From a bacterium (GTDB lineage: Bacteria; UBA8248): a stretch of 64,000 bases of DNA. A program made the translations under genes and the position numbers. Shown one piece after another: positions 49,716 through 58,194 of this stretch (its first letter is position 1; the number at the start of each line of letters is the position of its first letter). The notes below the pieces were generated by a model. That model searched no databases. It was not told the DNA's origin and saw only the letters and a program-made list of their open reading frames with translations. Where the stretch lies: assembly GCA_965203325.1 (NCBI GenBank), contig OZ241875.1, positions 1,856,001-1,920,000 on the forward strand, written 5' to 3'.

Positions 49716-50899
49716 CTCTTCTCCGGCCGCCGGATTTTTTCGGTCGGGATGTAGCGGCCGCCCTCGCCGACGACGGTGAGGAAAACGGCGTCCGAACCCT
49801 GGTTGTCGTCTTTGCCGAAGCGGAGCTTGAATCCGCCGAGGTCGATGGTGGCCGCGCGTCGCAGGCTTTTCAGAAGACAGTTGCGGTCGGGCTTGCGCCC
49901 GCACAACTCGAGGGCGCGAATGGCCAGTCTGCCGGCCATGTAGCCCTCGAATGAGACGAAGCTGGGAGTCGCGCCGGGTTTGTGAGCCTCCAGGTCCCGC
50001 CGGTAGTCGGCCGCGATCTCGAGATTCTCCATCGTCGGGAACGGAACCACCTGCGTGACGTAGATACCGACGCCGGCGGGGCCGAGTTCACGTACGAGCG
50101 CATTGCTGCCCACGAAGGATATTGTTACGAAAATCGGATTGAACCCCGTATGGCGCGCCCACGCGATGAAGGAGGCGACCGGTTTGTAGGCCCCCACGAG
50201 GACCACCGCTGCGGGGTCCGCGCGCCTGATGTCGAGCAGGGCCGTTTTGACCGCCGTCGTATTCCGTGGATAGACTCCGGTGACCGCCGGTTTCAGTTTG
50301 CGCCGCTCCAGGGCGCGGCGAACGCCCCGGTAGCCCGCCAGACCGAAAGAATCGTTCTGGTAGAGCACGGCGATCTTCTTGACGTCCAAGTCCTTGATCA
50401 GGCGATCTACTATCTCCTCGGTCTCCTGGAAATAGGAGGCCCGCAGGTTGATCACGTTCTTCCATTTGGGATCGCGCAAGAAGGCGGCGCCGGTGAAGGG
50501 CGCGATGTAGGGGACGTTCGCTTTTGCGGCGACCGGCGTGGCCGAGCGCGAGGTGGGCGTACCGACGGCCCCGATGAGCGCGAAAACCTTGCTCTGCTCT
50601 ATCAGCCGGCGGGTGTTCAGGATGGCGGCTTCGGGTTCATACGCATCGTCGAGGGATGTGAGTTCGAGCCGGCGTCCGTGAACGCCGCCGCGCTCGTTCG
50701 CCGTGCGAAAGGCGGCTTCGACCCCGAGACGCATTTCCTCGCCCAGAGCACTCGCGGGACCGGTGAAGGCGGCGGATTGACCGAAAAGAACCCGGTCAGG
50801 AGAAACCCCGGGCACGGCCGCCTGCGCCCCCGACGCCGAGCAGATTATCGCTGCAGCAAGGAGGATAAACGTCCGGCGGATTCGGAGCGGGAGGCTCAT
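49712..50899 (-). CDS. periplasmic binding protein (Liv/Peripla_BP_6 type), no cognate permease
   Basis: Signal peptide; GQSAAFTG, GGVHGR.LEL..LDDAYEP, GAVGTPT, RASY. Confidence 0.9.
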   Translation of the reverse strand: MSLPLRIRRTFILLAAAIICSASGAQAAVPGVSPDRVLFGQSAAFTGPASALGEEMRLGVEAAFRTANERGGVHGRRLELTSLDDAYEPEAAILNTRRLIEQSKVFALIGAVGTPTSRSATPVAAKANVPYIAPFTGAAFLRDPKWKNVINLRASYFQETEEIVDRLIKDLDVKKIAVLYQNDSFGLAGYRGVRRALERRKLKPAVTGVYPRNTTAVKTALLDIRRADPAAVVLVGAYKPVASFIAWARHTGFNPIFVTISFVGSNALVRELGPAGVGIYVTQVVPFPTMENLEIAADYRRDLEAHKPGATPSFVSFEGYMAGRLAIRALELCGRKPDRNCLLKSLRRAATIDLGGFKLRFGKDDNQGSDAVFLTVVGEGGRYIPTEKIRRPEKR

Positions 50900-51315
50900 T
50901 CACTCCTCCGCTTGACAAGGCGCATATGGTTCTTGTTCTCCTCCCGTCGATAAGTCACATCGTCCATCATCGTCCGCACCAGGTGGATACCGAGCCCGCC
51001 CACGGCGCGGTCTTCGATGCCCGAGTCGGTGTCCGGTTCGGGCGCGTCGGTCAGGGGATCGAACGGACGGCCGTCGTCGATGATATCGATGATCACCGCC
51101 TCCGCGTCCGAGATGAGTTCGATGCTGATTTCCCCCTCTCCGCCTTCGCTGCCATGATGTACGACGTTGAGAATCAACTCTTCGAGCACGAGGTCGACCT
51201 GGAATTCGATGTCGGGCGGCCAGTCCTGCTCCCGGCTGAATTCCCCGATGGCGGACTGGATGCGCGGGAGATCCGAGGCCTCGAATCCCATTGTCAAAGA
51301 AAGTTTCGCGCTCAT
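50896..51315 (-). CDS. RsbW-like anti-sigma factor / Ser kinase (HATPase_c_2)
   Basis: EELILNVVHHG, DDGRPFDP, GGLGIHL. Confidence 0.92.
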   Translation of the reverse strand: MSAKLSLTMGFEASDLPRIQSAIGEFSREQDWPPDIEFQVDLVLEELILNVVHHGSEGGEGEISIELISDAEAVIIDIIDDGRPFDPLTDAPEPDTDSGIEDRAVGGLGIHLVRTMMDDVTYRREENKNHMRLVKRRSE

Positions 51316-52529
51316 TCACTCACTCCACGGCGAAAAAGGGTCAGGCAAGTAATATCATCGAATTGAGGCGCTTTGCCCGCGAATTCCTTTACATCCTCAA
51401 AAACCTTCGTGTTGATCTCCCGGGCCGAGGCCGGCGACGCCCCCCCCAGAATCTCCCGGAGGCGGTCGAGGCCGAACTGCTCGGTCTTCTCGTTCTCCGC
51501 CTCCGTGACGCCGTCAGTGTAAAGGACGAGGGCGTCACCGGGGGCGAGAGTCGCATTGTACATGTCGTAACTGAACTCGGGCGCGATCCCGAGGGCGACG
51601 CCCGGATCCTGGGAAAGCAGGCTCGATGAGCCGTCGGCGTGAAGGACGAGCGGGGGGTTGTGCCCGCCGTTGGCGTAGACGAGTTCCCCGGACGTGGAGT
51701 CGTAAATGGCGAAAAAAACGGTGACGAACATCGCGGCCTCGTTGTTCTCCTGAAGCAGGCGGTTCACCTCGCTCAACACATCACCGGGCCGGAGCAGACG
51801 GTTCACCTCACCGAGCACATCGCCCGGATTGGCGCGAGCGACAGCGACGCTGTTGAGCAGCGTGCGGCTCGACATCATGAAAAGGGCGGCGGGCACCCCC
51901 TTGCCGGAAACGTCGGCGACCGTGATGCCGATGCGGCCATCGGACAGGTCTATCACGTCGAAGAAATCACCCCCTACGTCGCGGGCGGGCTCCATGCCCC
52001 CGAATATCTCGTAGTGGGGGCTTTCGGGGAATTTCGTCGGCAGAATCGATTGCTGCATCTTGCTGGCCAGGTCGAGGTCGCTCCTCAGGGCGACCAGCTT
52101 GTCGCGCGCCTCGAGCGCTTCGCGCAGCATGGCGAGGTGCTCCAGGGTCCGTTCTATGGTGATCCGCAAATCCTCGAAATCGATCGGCTTGGTGACGAAG
52201 TCGAAGGCGCCCCTGTTCATCGCCGTCCGGATGTTCTTCATGTCCCCGTACGCCGAAACCACTACGGAGCGCACGTTGGGGTCAACCGAGGGGATTTGCT
52301 TGAGCAGGGTGAGGCCGTCCATCTCCGGCATGTTGATGTCCGTGAGCACCATGTCGATAGGGTCGCCGCCATCGTTATCGTTCAAGCGCTCGAGCGCTTC
52401 GACCCCGTTGCGGGCGAAGACGAACGAATAGCGGCCTCTTCGTATCTCGCGCCGCATGCGCTGCAACACGAGCTGCTCGAGATCGGGCTCGTCGTCGACC
52501 ACGAGTATCCTGTGGGGTTCCTCCATCAC
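51312..52529 (-). CDS. REC + SpoIIE/PP2C phosphatase (RsbU/RsbY-like)
   Basis: VVDDE, TDINMP, KP; VGGDFFD, ADVSGKG, YTDGVTEA, DDIT. Confidence 0.93.
   Translation of the reverse strand: MMEEPHRILVVDDEPDLEQLVLQRMRREIRRGRYSFVFARNGVEALERLNDNDGGDPIDMVLTDINMPEMDGLTLLKQIPSVDPNVRSVVVSAYGDMKNIRTAMNRGAFDFVTKPIDFEDLRITIERTLEHLAMLREALEARDKLVALRSDLDLASKMQQSILPTKFPESPHYEIFGGMEPARDVGGDFFDVIDLSDGRIGITVADVSGKGVPAALFMMSSRTLLNSVAVARANPGDVLGEVNRLLRPGDVLSEVNRLLQENNEAAMFVTVFFAIYDSTSGELVYANGGHNPPLVLHADGSSSLLSQDPGVALGIAPEFSYDMYNATLAPGDALVLYTDGVTEAENEKTEQFGLDRLREILGGASPASAREINTKVFEDVKEFAGKAPQFDDITCLTLFRRGVSE
51754..51827 (-). repeat. 39-bp-period in-frame tandem duplication in the PP2C domain
   Basis: PGDVLGEVNRLL-R-PGDVLSEVNRLL. 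Confidence 0.85.
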
Positions 52530-52966
52530 TGTCTCCCTTCCGCCAACATCTTGTCGCGCGCCTCGAAGGCTTCCCGCATCGACTTGAGATGCTCCAAAGA
52601 CTTCTCGATGGTAAGCCGCAAGTCCTCGAAATCAATCGGCTTGTTCAGGAAATCGAATGCGCCCCTGTTCATCGCCGTCCGGATGTTCTTCATGTCCCCA
52701 TACGCCGAGACGATGACACAGCGGAGCTTGGGGTCGAAAGCGGGGATTTGCTCGAGCAGGGTGAGGCCGTCCATCTCCGGCATGTTGATGTCCGTAATGA
52801 CGATGTCGATTTCATCGTCATTGTTTAAGCACTCTAGCGCCTCGACCCCGTTGCGGGCGAAGACGAACGAATAGCGGCCGCTGCGAATTTCGCGCCGCAT
52901 GCGCTGCAGCACCAGACCTTCAAGATCGGGTTCGTCGTCGACTACGAGTATCCTGTGCGAATCCAT
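52526..52966 (-). CDS. single-domain response regulator, close paralogue of the REC of the downstream phosphatase
   Basis: VVDDE, TDINMP, SAYG, KP. Confidence 0.92.
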   Translation of the reverse strand: MDSHRILVVDDEPDLEGLVLQRMRREIRSGRYSFVFARNGVEALECLNNDDEIDIVITDINMPEMDGLTLLEQIPAFDPKLRCVIVSAYGDMKNIRTAMNRGAFDFLNKPIDFEDLRLTIEKSLEHLKSMREAFEARDKMLAEGRQ

Positions 52967-53359
52967 CGTCCGGGTCTCTCCATCGCTTAGGCTTCATCCG
53001 ACCAACGATCGAGCACTTTCGAATTCCAGCTAAATGTATATAAGACTCACGCGGCGCGCAACTCATTTCTCACTCCGCCTCGTGCCCGAACGAACCTGCG
53101 CGGCGGCCTGCAACCCCCTGAAACCATGGCTTCACCGGCGACCGCTCCCGGCATGAGGCCGCTCGGCCGCCGGATTTCGTCCATACCGGTTTCTCTTCCC
53201 GCGAGCATCCAGACCTCCTGAACCCATGAGGCGATTCCGCGCCGAATGTGGGTAAAGCGGCGAAAATTTCATCCGCCGCCCGGTTGTCCAGGCCCTCGGG
53301 TTCGCGTATCTTGGTGGACGAAGCGCCGCCATGCGCGAACCACCAGAGGAATCCCTGCT

Positions 53360-53947
53360 TTGACCCGTAAACCCAAAAGCAAAAAGAAAGGCGCAAGAGC
53401 CGCCGGAAGAAGGGCTCCGCGCCCGGCGAGAACCATTGGCTCGAAGAAGAAAAGCGCCGCCCCGTTCGTGTGGGCGATCGTCATCGCCGCGGTCGCAATC
53501 GGCATCTACTACTTTACGGGCGCATCGGCGAACAAGGCGCGCGACGTGCCTTCCCTCGGCAACCGCCACATCCGCGTGGGCACGAGCGGCGCCGTCGCCT
53601 ACAACACGGACCCTCCCACCTCGGGGCCTCACTATCCGACCATCGTCCCCTGGGGCGTACACTGGAAGCCGATCGACAAAGGCTTCCAGGTCCATAACCT
53701 CGAAGACGGCGGCGTGCTCGTGCAGTATGGCTGCGGCGATTGCCCCGAACTCGTGAAAAAACTCGAGAAAATCGTACGCGGCTACCCGAAGTTCGTCATC
53801 CTCGCCCCGTACCCGCCGATGAAACACAGAATCGCGCTCACCGCCTGGGGCAAGATAGATACGCTGGAGACTTTTGATGAGAAGCGCATCACCGCCTTCA
53901 TCGACGCCTATCGAGGCCTCGACCACCACCCGCGGGGGAGGAGATAG
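53360..53947 (+). CDS. DUF3105-family membrane-anchored protein
   Basis: TM helix, YNTDPPTSGPH, VHNLEDGGV, IALTAW; start uncertain. Confidence 0.85.
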   Translation: MTRKPKSKKKGARAAGRRAPRPARTIGSKKKSAAPFVWAIVIAAVAIGIYYFTGASANKARDVPSLGNRHIRVGTSGAVAYNTDPPTSGPHYPTIVPWGVHWKPIDKGFQVHNLEDGGVLVQYGCGDCPELVKKLEKIVRGYPKFVILAPYPPMKHRIALTAWGKIDTLETFDEKRITAFIDAYRGLDHHPRGRR

Positions 53948-54054
53948 GGGTTCGGAAGAGAATGACATGCTTCGGTTGACGACTTCTTTTCGCCGGTCGA
54001 TTCGGAGGCGGCCGCCTCGCAAGATGCGTTGGGGATGACTCCCGGGCGCGCGCC

Positions 54055-55827
54055 TCAACCCCCTCCGCCGCCGGCCGCGCCCGGAACCTCCACGCGCAGG
54101 GTCACGATGTCCGTGTCGTGGTATTGCTGGTGGTGAACCGAAGACGCGAGGTGGCGCAGCAGTCTGAGCGAGACTTCGCGCTCAATCGGGGAGCCTGCGG
54201 TCTGCTCGCCGAGCAGCGCGATTTTGTCCTGGAGGTTCTCCTCTCCGCCCGCGGCGACGAACTCCAGCACCGCGCCGCCGTCTTCTTTATGCGCCACCAT
54301 GAGCAGACGCCGCCGCTTGCGGCTCTCGTCGGCTTCGTCGGGGCGCAGGAGCGTCAGCAGCGTTTCCTCGCCCGCGGCGTCGAGGCGATGCGCCATCGCC
54401 TCATCCCAGCCGCTGGCCGAGGCGAACTCACCGAGAAACTCCCTGATCTTCGGCAAGGCGGAGATGTCGAACGCCACCTCGATACGGCTGCGGCGCGGTT
54501 CGGTGAATTCGACGAACAAGGTCATGATCATGGCGACGAGGCCGCCGGCCGTCATTCCGTTGTTCAAAAGGCCGCCCGCGAACGTCGAGAAATACTCGGG
54601 ATATATGACGCCGTTCTGGAAGCCGACACCCGCCCAGAACGCGACGCCCGCCACCAGCCCCTTGCGGTAGTCGATCCCGTCGTGAACGACCATCCGCATG
54701 CCGACCACGAAGAGCATCGCCAGCAGCACAGTAATGTAGGCCGCGGCGACCGGCCCTGGTATCGCCAGTACCACGGCGACCAGCTTGGGAAGAAACGCCA
54801 GGGCGAGGAACACCAGCCCGGCGGCGACTCCCACGCTGCGCGCGCCGACGCCGGTGAGTTCGGTGACGGACACGCTCGTCGAATAGGTCGTGTTCGGCAC
54901 CGTCGCCAAAAGGCCGGAGAGCAGGTTGCCCACTCCGTCGGCGGCCACCGCGCCCTGCACCGCCTTGAAGTCCACCGCCCGGGGCCGCCGCCAGGATACG
55001 CGCTGGATGGCGGCGCCGTCGCCGACCGTCTCGATGGCGCCGATGAGAGTCACGAAAATGAATCCCGGCAGAAGCGTCCAGAAAACCGGCCCGAAGCTCA
55101 AGTCCAGGCCCGGCCATGCGCCCCGTGGAAGACCGATCCATGAAGCTTCAGCGACGCGGGCCGTATCGTAGATGCCGAAATAGAGTCCGACGAGCGAGCC
55201 CGCGGCCACGCCGATCACGGGCGCCCACAGGCGCAGCGCGCCCGTCGCCTTGAGCGCGATGCCGACGATGACCACCGCCGACACGAACGCGCTCAGCGGA
55301 GCAGCGAGCGGGGAAGCGTCCTTGGGCGCGTCATCGAGCATGCCGAAGACGATGGGCATCACCGTCACCGCTATCAGCATGATGACGGTTCCCGCGACGG
55401 TCGGCGTCAGCACCCGCCGGAACAGTGAGAGACGCTCCGAGAGCACGAACTGAAAAAGCGAGGAGGCGAGGACGAGCGTGGCGAGCATCCCCGGCCCGCC
55501 CTTGGCGAGCGCCGCGATGCAGACCGCGATGAAAGCGCCCGATGTGCCCATGATGAGCACGTAGCCCGCGCCGAAGCGGCCGACCCGGAACGCCTGGAGC
55601 ATCGTGGTTGCGCCGCAGATCGCCACCGCGGCGAACACCGCCCACGAGAGATAGTCCTCGGTACCGCCGGCTGCGCGCACCACGATCGCGGGCGTGAACA
55701 CGATGCCGCCCACGCAGAGGACGGCGAGTTGCAGGCCGAGGCCGAACGCGAGCAGGGGCGGCGGTTTCTCGTCGGCCTCGTAGCGTACGTCGGTGTTCGC
55801 GCGCTGGTCGGCGTTTTCGGCGCTCAT
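54055..55827 (-). CDS. NCS2 (xanthine/uracil permease) family transporter fused to a C-terminal degenerate RsbW-like domain
   Basis: YEADEKPP..LAFGLGLQ, TPTVAGTVI, IETVGD, PNTTYS; ~150-aa soluble tail LPKIREFL..F....GW...EETLL...EVSLRLLRHL. Confidence 0.85.
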   Translation of the reverse strand: MSAENADQRANTDVRYEADEKPPPLLAFGLGLQLAVLCVGGIVFTPAIVVRAAGGTEDYLSWAVFAAVAICGATTMLQAFRVGRFGAGYVLIMGTSGAFIAVCIAALAKGGPGMLATLVLASSLFQFVLSERLSLFRRVLTPTVAGTVIMLIAVTVMPIVFGMLDDAPKDASPLAAPLSAFVSAVVIVGIALKATGALRLWAPVIGVAAGSLVGLYFGIYDTARVAEASWIGLPRGAWPGLDLSFGPVFWTLLPGFIFVTLIGAIETVGDGAAIQRVSWRRPRAVDFKAVQGAVAADGVGNLLSGLLATVPNTTYSTSVSVTELTGVGARSVGVAAGLVFLALAFLPKLVAVVLAIPGPVAAAYITVLLAMLFVVGMRMVVHDGIDYRKGLVAGVAFWAGVGFQNGVIYPEYFSTFAGGLLNNGMTAGGLVAMIMTLFVEFTEPRRSRIEVAFDISALPKIREFLGEFASASGWDEAMAHRLDAAGEETLLTLLRPDEADESRKRRRLLMVAHKEDGGAVLEFVAAGGEENLQDKIALLGEQTAGSPIEREVSLRLLRHLASSVHHQQYHDTDIVTLRVEVPGAAGGGGG

Positions 55828-56063
55828 GTCGTATCCTTCGCGGCTGGAAAATGGATCCGTCGCCGATCGCAAACCCTGTTTCGATGTCCTCGCAACGGAG
55901 CGTAAGTTTCTCACACCCTTTTCGGCCCCTCAAGAAAAAAGGCCCGCAAAGGATATCGACGGGCGAAAACCGACAAACCTGCGGTATTTTCAGGCGAATA
56001 TCGTGGTTTCGGGGGTTTTGGGTACGGAAATCGCACTTTTTTCGGTGCATGAATACATTTTTG

Positions 56064-56091
56064 TTGACGAAAGAAACGCAATATATATACT
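56064..56091 (+). promoter_or_regulatory. putative sigma70 promoter for the RiPP precursor
   Basis: TTGACG-16 nt-TATACT in an AT-rich intergenic region. Confidence 0.55.
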
Positions 56092-56240
56092 TTTCCGATA
56101 GCCTCTTTATCTTTTTTTAGGCGGAGGGACTGCAAGGCGAACTCTCTCCCGAACAAAGCGGCCGTGGCGCCCCGGCAGTGGAAAACGAGGGAACACCACC
56201 TCCTTTTCGGCCAGGGACATATTCCGGAGAACTCGAGGCA

Positions 56241-56528
56241 GTGAAAACTGTAGAGGAAGTACGCGAAGAGATTGTCAAAAAAGCAAGCGAGAACGAGGCA
56301 TTCCGCGCCGAATTGGTGGCCGACCCCAAGGTCGCCATTGAAAAGGAATTGGGAGTCACCATTCCCGAGGGGTTCAAGATCGGCGTGCACGAAGACAACA
56401 TCATGAGCATCAACCTGGTGCTGCCGCCGGCCGAATTGAGCGAGGAGGAACTGAGCGCCGTCGTGGCCGGAGCACAGATGTGGCAAGAATTCGCCAACGC
56501 CTGGAACAGCTTGAACCAAAACTCCTGA
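56241..56528 (+). CDS. NHLP (nitrile-hydratase-like leader) RiPP precursor, proteusin-type
   Basis: IVKKASENEAFRAELVADPK.AIE.ELG..IP...I.VHE......LVLPP.ELSEEELSAVVAG, then core AQMWQEFANAWNSLNQNS. Confidence 0.9.
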   Translation: MKTVEEVREEIVKKASENEAFRAELVADPKVAIEKELGVTIPEGFKIGVHEDNIMSINLVLPPAELSEEELSAVVAGAQMWQEFANAWNSLNQNS

Positions 56529-56723
56529 TACGATATATCCAAATAGAGCAACAGTCCATTCGGTCGGTTCGCCGAAAAGCCCCGGGAAGGGGATGGTTCG
56601 GGACGTCGCTTTGCGGGTTGGAACCGCGCTGCGGCCCGCTTCGCCGAAGGGAGGCCGGGGTGTCGCGCTTGCTCATCGCCGCGTTGCCCCCAATGTAGGC
56701 GTCCCGCTCGGAAACAGGGTTCG

Positions 56724-57821
56724 ATGATGTCTGAGAATTTCGGGGACGTCTTTCCAAGGTTGCGCCGCTTCGTTCCACCGGCCTTACTCGACGGCCCGTG
56801 GTGGGACCGCCTGGTGGAGCGCGTCGGTGAACTTCCGAGTTGGCTGACTCTGAATTACGCGGCCTTCGAGTTTCGGCTGGGAGACCCTGCGCCCGCCGCC
56901 GATTATTTCGTCTCGGTTGCGCCGGGGCGTCCGTCCATGGAGTATTACGTTCGTCTGGGCGAGGCCGCAAAACCCGACTCCGCGGAGGCGGCTCTCGGCC
57001 GCGTCTACGCTCTCATGAACGGAGCGGGCCCCCCTTCCGAATCATCTCTCACCGGCTGGTTCAGGGCGTCGATGCTCGAATACGACATCGCGGAAGTCCC
57101 CCCGGACCTGCGCCCGGCCCCGGGCGTGTTCCTGGCGCTCAAGCCTCAATCCGAACTGGATGAAGACGTCGCGGGCGCAAGAACGCCCCACCGCCTGGCC
57201 GCCACCATAGCGAACGCGGTCGGGTGGGAGGAGGACGAGGCGGAGCGTCTCGCCGTGGAGCGGGCCTTCGCCGCCTTGCCCGGCAGCGGCGTGGTGGATC
57301 AGATTGGCGCCGCCCCCGAGCGCGGGCCGCGCCTGATTCGCCTGATCGTGGACGGGTTGAAACTGCGCAACGTGCCCGCATTCCTGAAACGGCTGAAATG
57401 GGACGGCTCCACCCGGAAAGTGATGGACACGCTGGAGGAGATGCGCGATATGACGCCCATCTTCCGGATGGCGCTGGACGTCTCCGCGCACGGCGTGGGG
57501 CCGCGCCTGGGTCTCGAGATGTACAGGCCGAGAAGCCCCTCGGACCTCGACTACTGGCTGACTTCGGGGCGCAACGCCTGGCGTCCCGTCGTGGACTACC
57601 TCGAAGAGATGAAATGGTGTCTGCCGGAGAAGGGGGACGGCCTGCGGGCGTTCCCGGGAATCGAGAGGCTCTTCGAGGAAAAGGGCATGTCCATCCTCTA
57701 CAAGGGAATCAACCACTTCAAGCTCTCGATCGAGGGCGACGCCGTAGAAGCCAAGGCCTACGCCGCCCTCGCCTACTTCCGGCTCTACGCCGACTCGGAG
57801 GGTGAGTCGGAGCAGGGGTAA
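56724..57821 (+). CDS. putative RiPP maturase, probable ABBA-fold (aromatic/peptide) prenyltransferase
   Basis: Co-oriented directly after the precursor; FEFRL, LEYD, IRL, LDV..GPRLGLE, NHFKL, AKAY repeating strands with basic residues; fold is inferred. Confidence 0.55.
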   Translation: MMSENFGDVFPRLRRFVPPALLDGPWWDRLVERVGELPSWLTLNYAAFEFRLGDPAPAADYFVSVAPGRPSMEYYVRLGEAAKPDSAEAALGRVYALMNGAGPPSESSLTGWFRASMLEYDIAEVPPDLRPAPGVFLALKPQSELDEDVAGARTPHRLAATIANAVGWEEDEAERLAVERAFAALPGSGVVDQIGAAPERGPRLIRLIVDGLKLRNVPAFLKRLKWDGSTRKVMDTLEEMRDMTPIFRMALDVSAHGVGPRLGLEMYRPRSPSDLDYWLTSGRNAWRPVVDYLEEMKWCLPEKGDGLRAFPGIERLFEEKGMSILYKGINHFKLSIEGDAVEAKAYAALAYFRLYADSEGESEQG

Positions 57822-57873
57822 ATTTCGGTGGGCACCGGCGGGCGGCCCGTCATCCCCTGAAATTCTGCGCCTC

Positions 57874-58194
57874 CTACGAAATCGCGCCATCCCCCGCCGT
57901 GAGGACGACGTGCTCGGCCCGGACGCGCTCTCGGAAGCGCGCGGGGGTGGAACCCCAGACGAAAACGTCCACGCGAAACGGCAGGTTGCTCTCCTCGAAG
58001 GCTTCTTTCAGATCGGAAACCCGGCGGCTTTGGGCGGGATCTGCGAACACGACCATATCCAGATCGGATTTGGGACGCGCCTCTCCCCTGGCGCGGGAGC
58101 CGTACAGCCAGGCGGCGGTGTTCGGCAGATGCTTATCGAGCAAATCCAAAATGAGTGCGCGCTGCGCCTCGGTGATGTCGACCCGTCCGCTCAT
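57874..58194 (-). CDS. minimal nucleotidyltransferase (MNT) antitoxin
   Basis: LYGSRARG...SDLD, LPFRVDV; ATGA overlap with the HEPN gene. Confidence 0.9.
   Translation of the reverse strand: MSGRVDITEAQRALILDLLDKHLPNTAAWLYGSRARGEARPKSDLDMVVFADPAQSRRVSDLKEAFEESNLPFRVDVFVWGSTPARFRERVRAEHVVLTAGDGAIS

Noticed and set aside
56000..56030. SigB-like promoter (GTTT...GGGTA) near the RiPP precursor
   Set aside because: Spacer too short for the SigB consensus
56526..56600. UGA stop of the NHLP precursor read as selenocysteine (would add U-YDISK), given selC in the window
   Set aside because: The nearest hairpin starts ~30 nt downstream and is weak; no convincing SECIS and no Cys-homologue evidence
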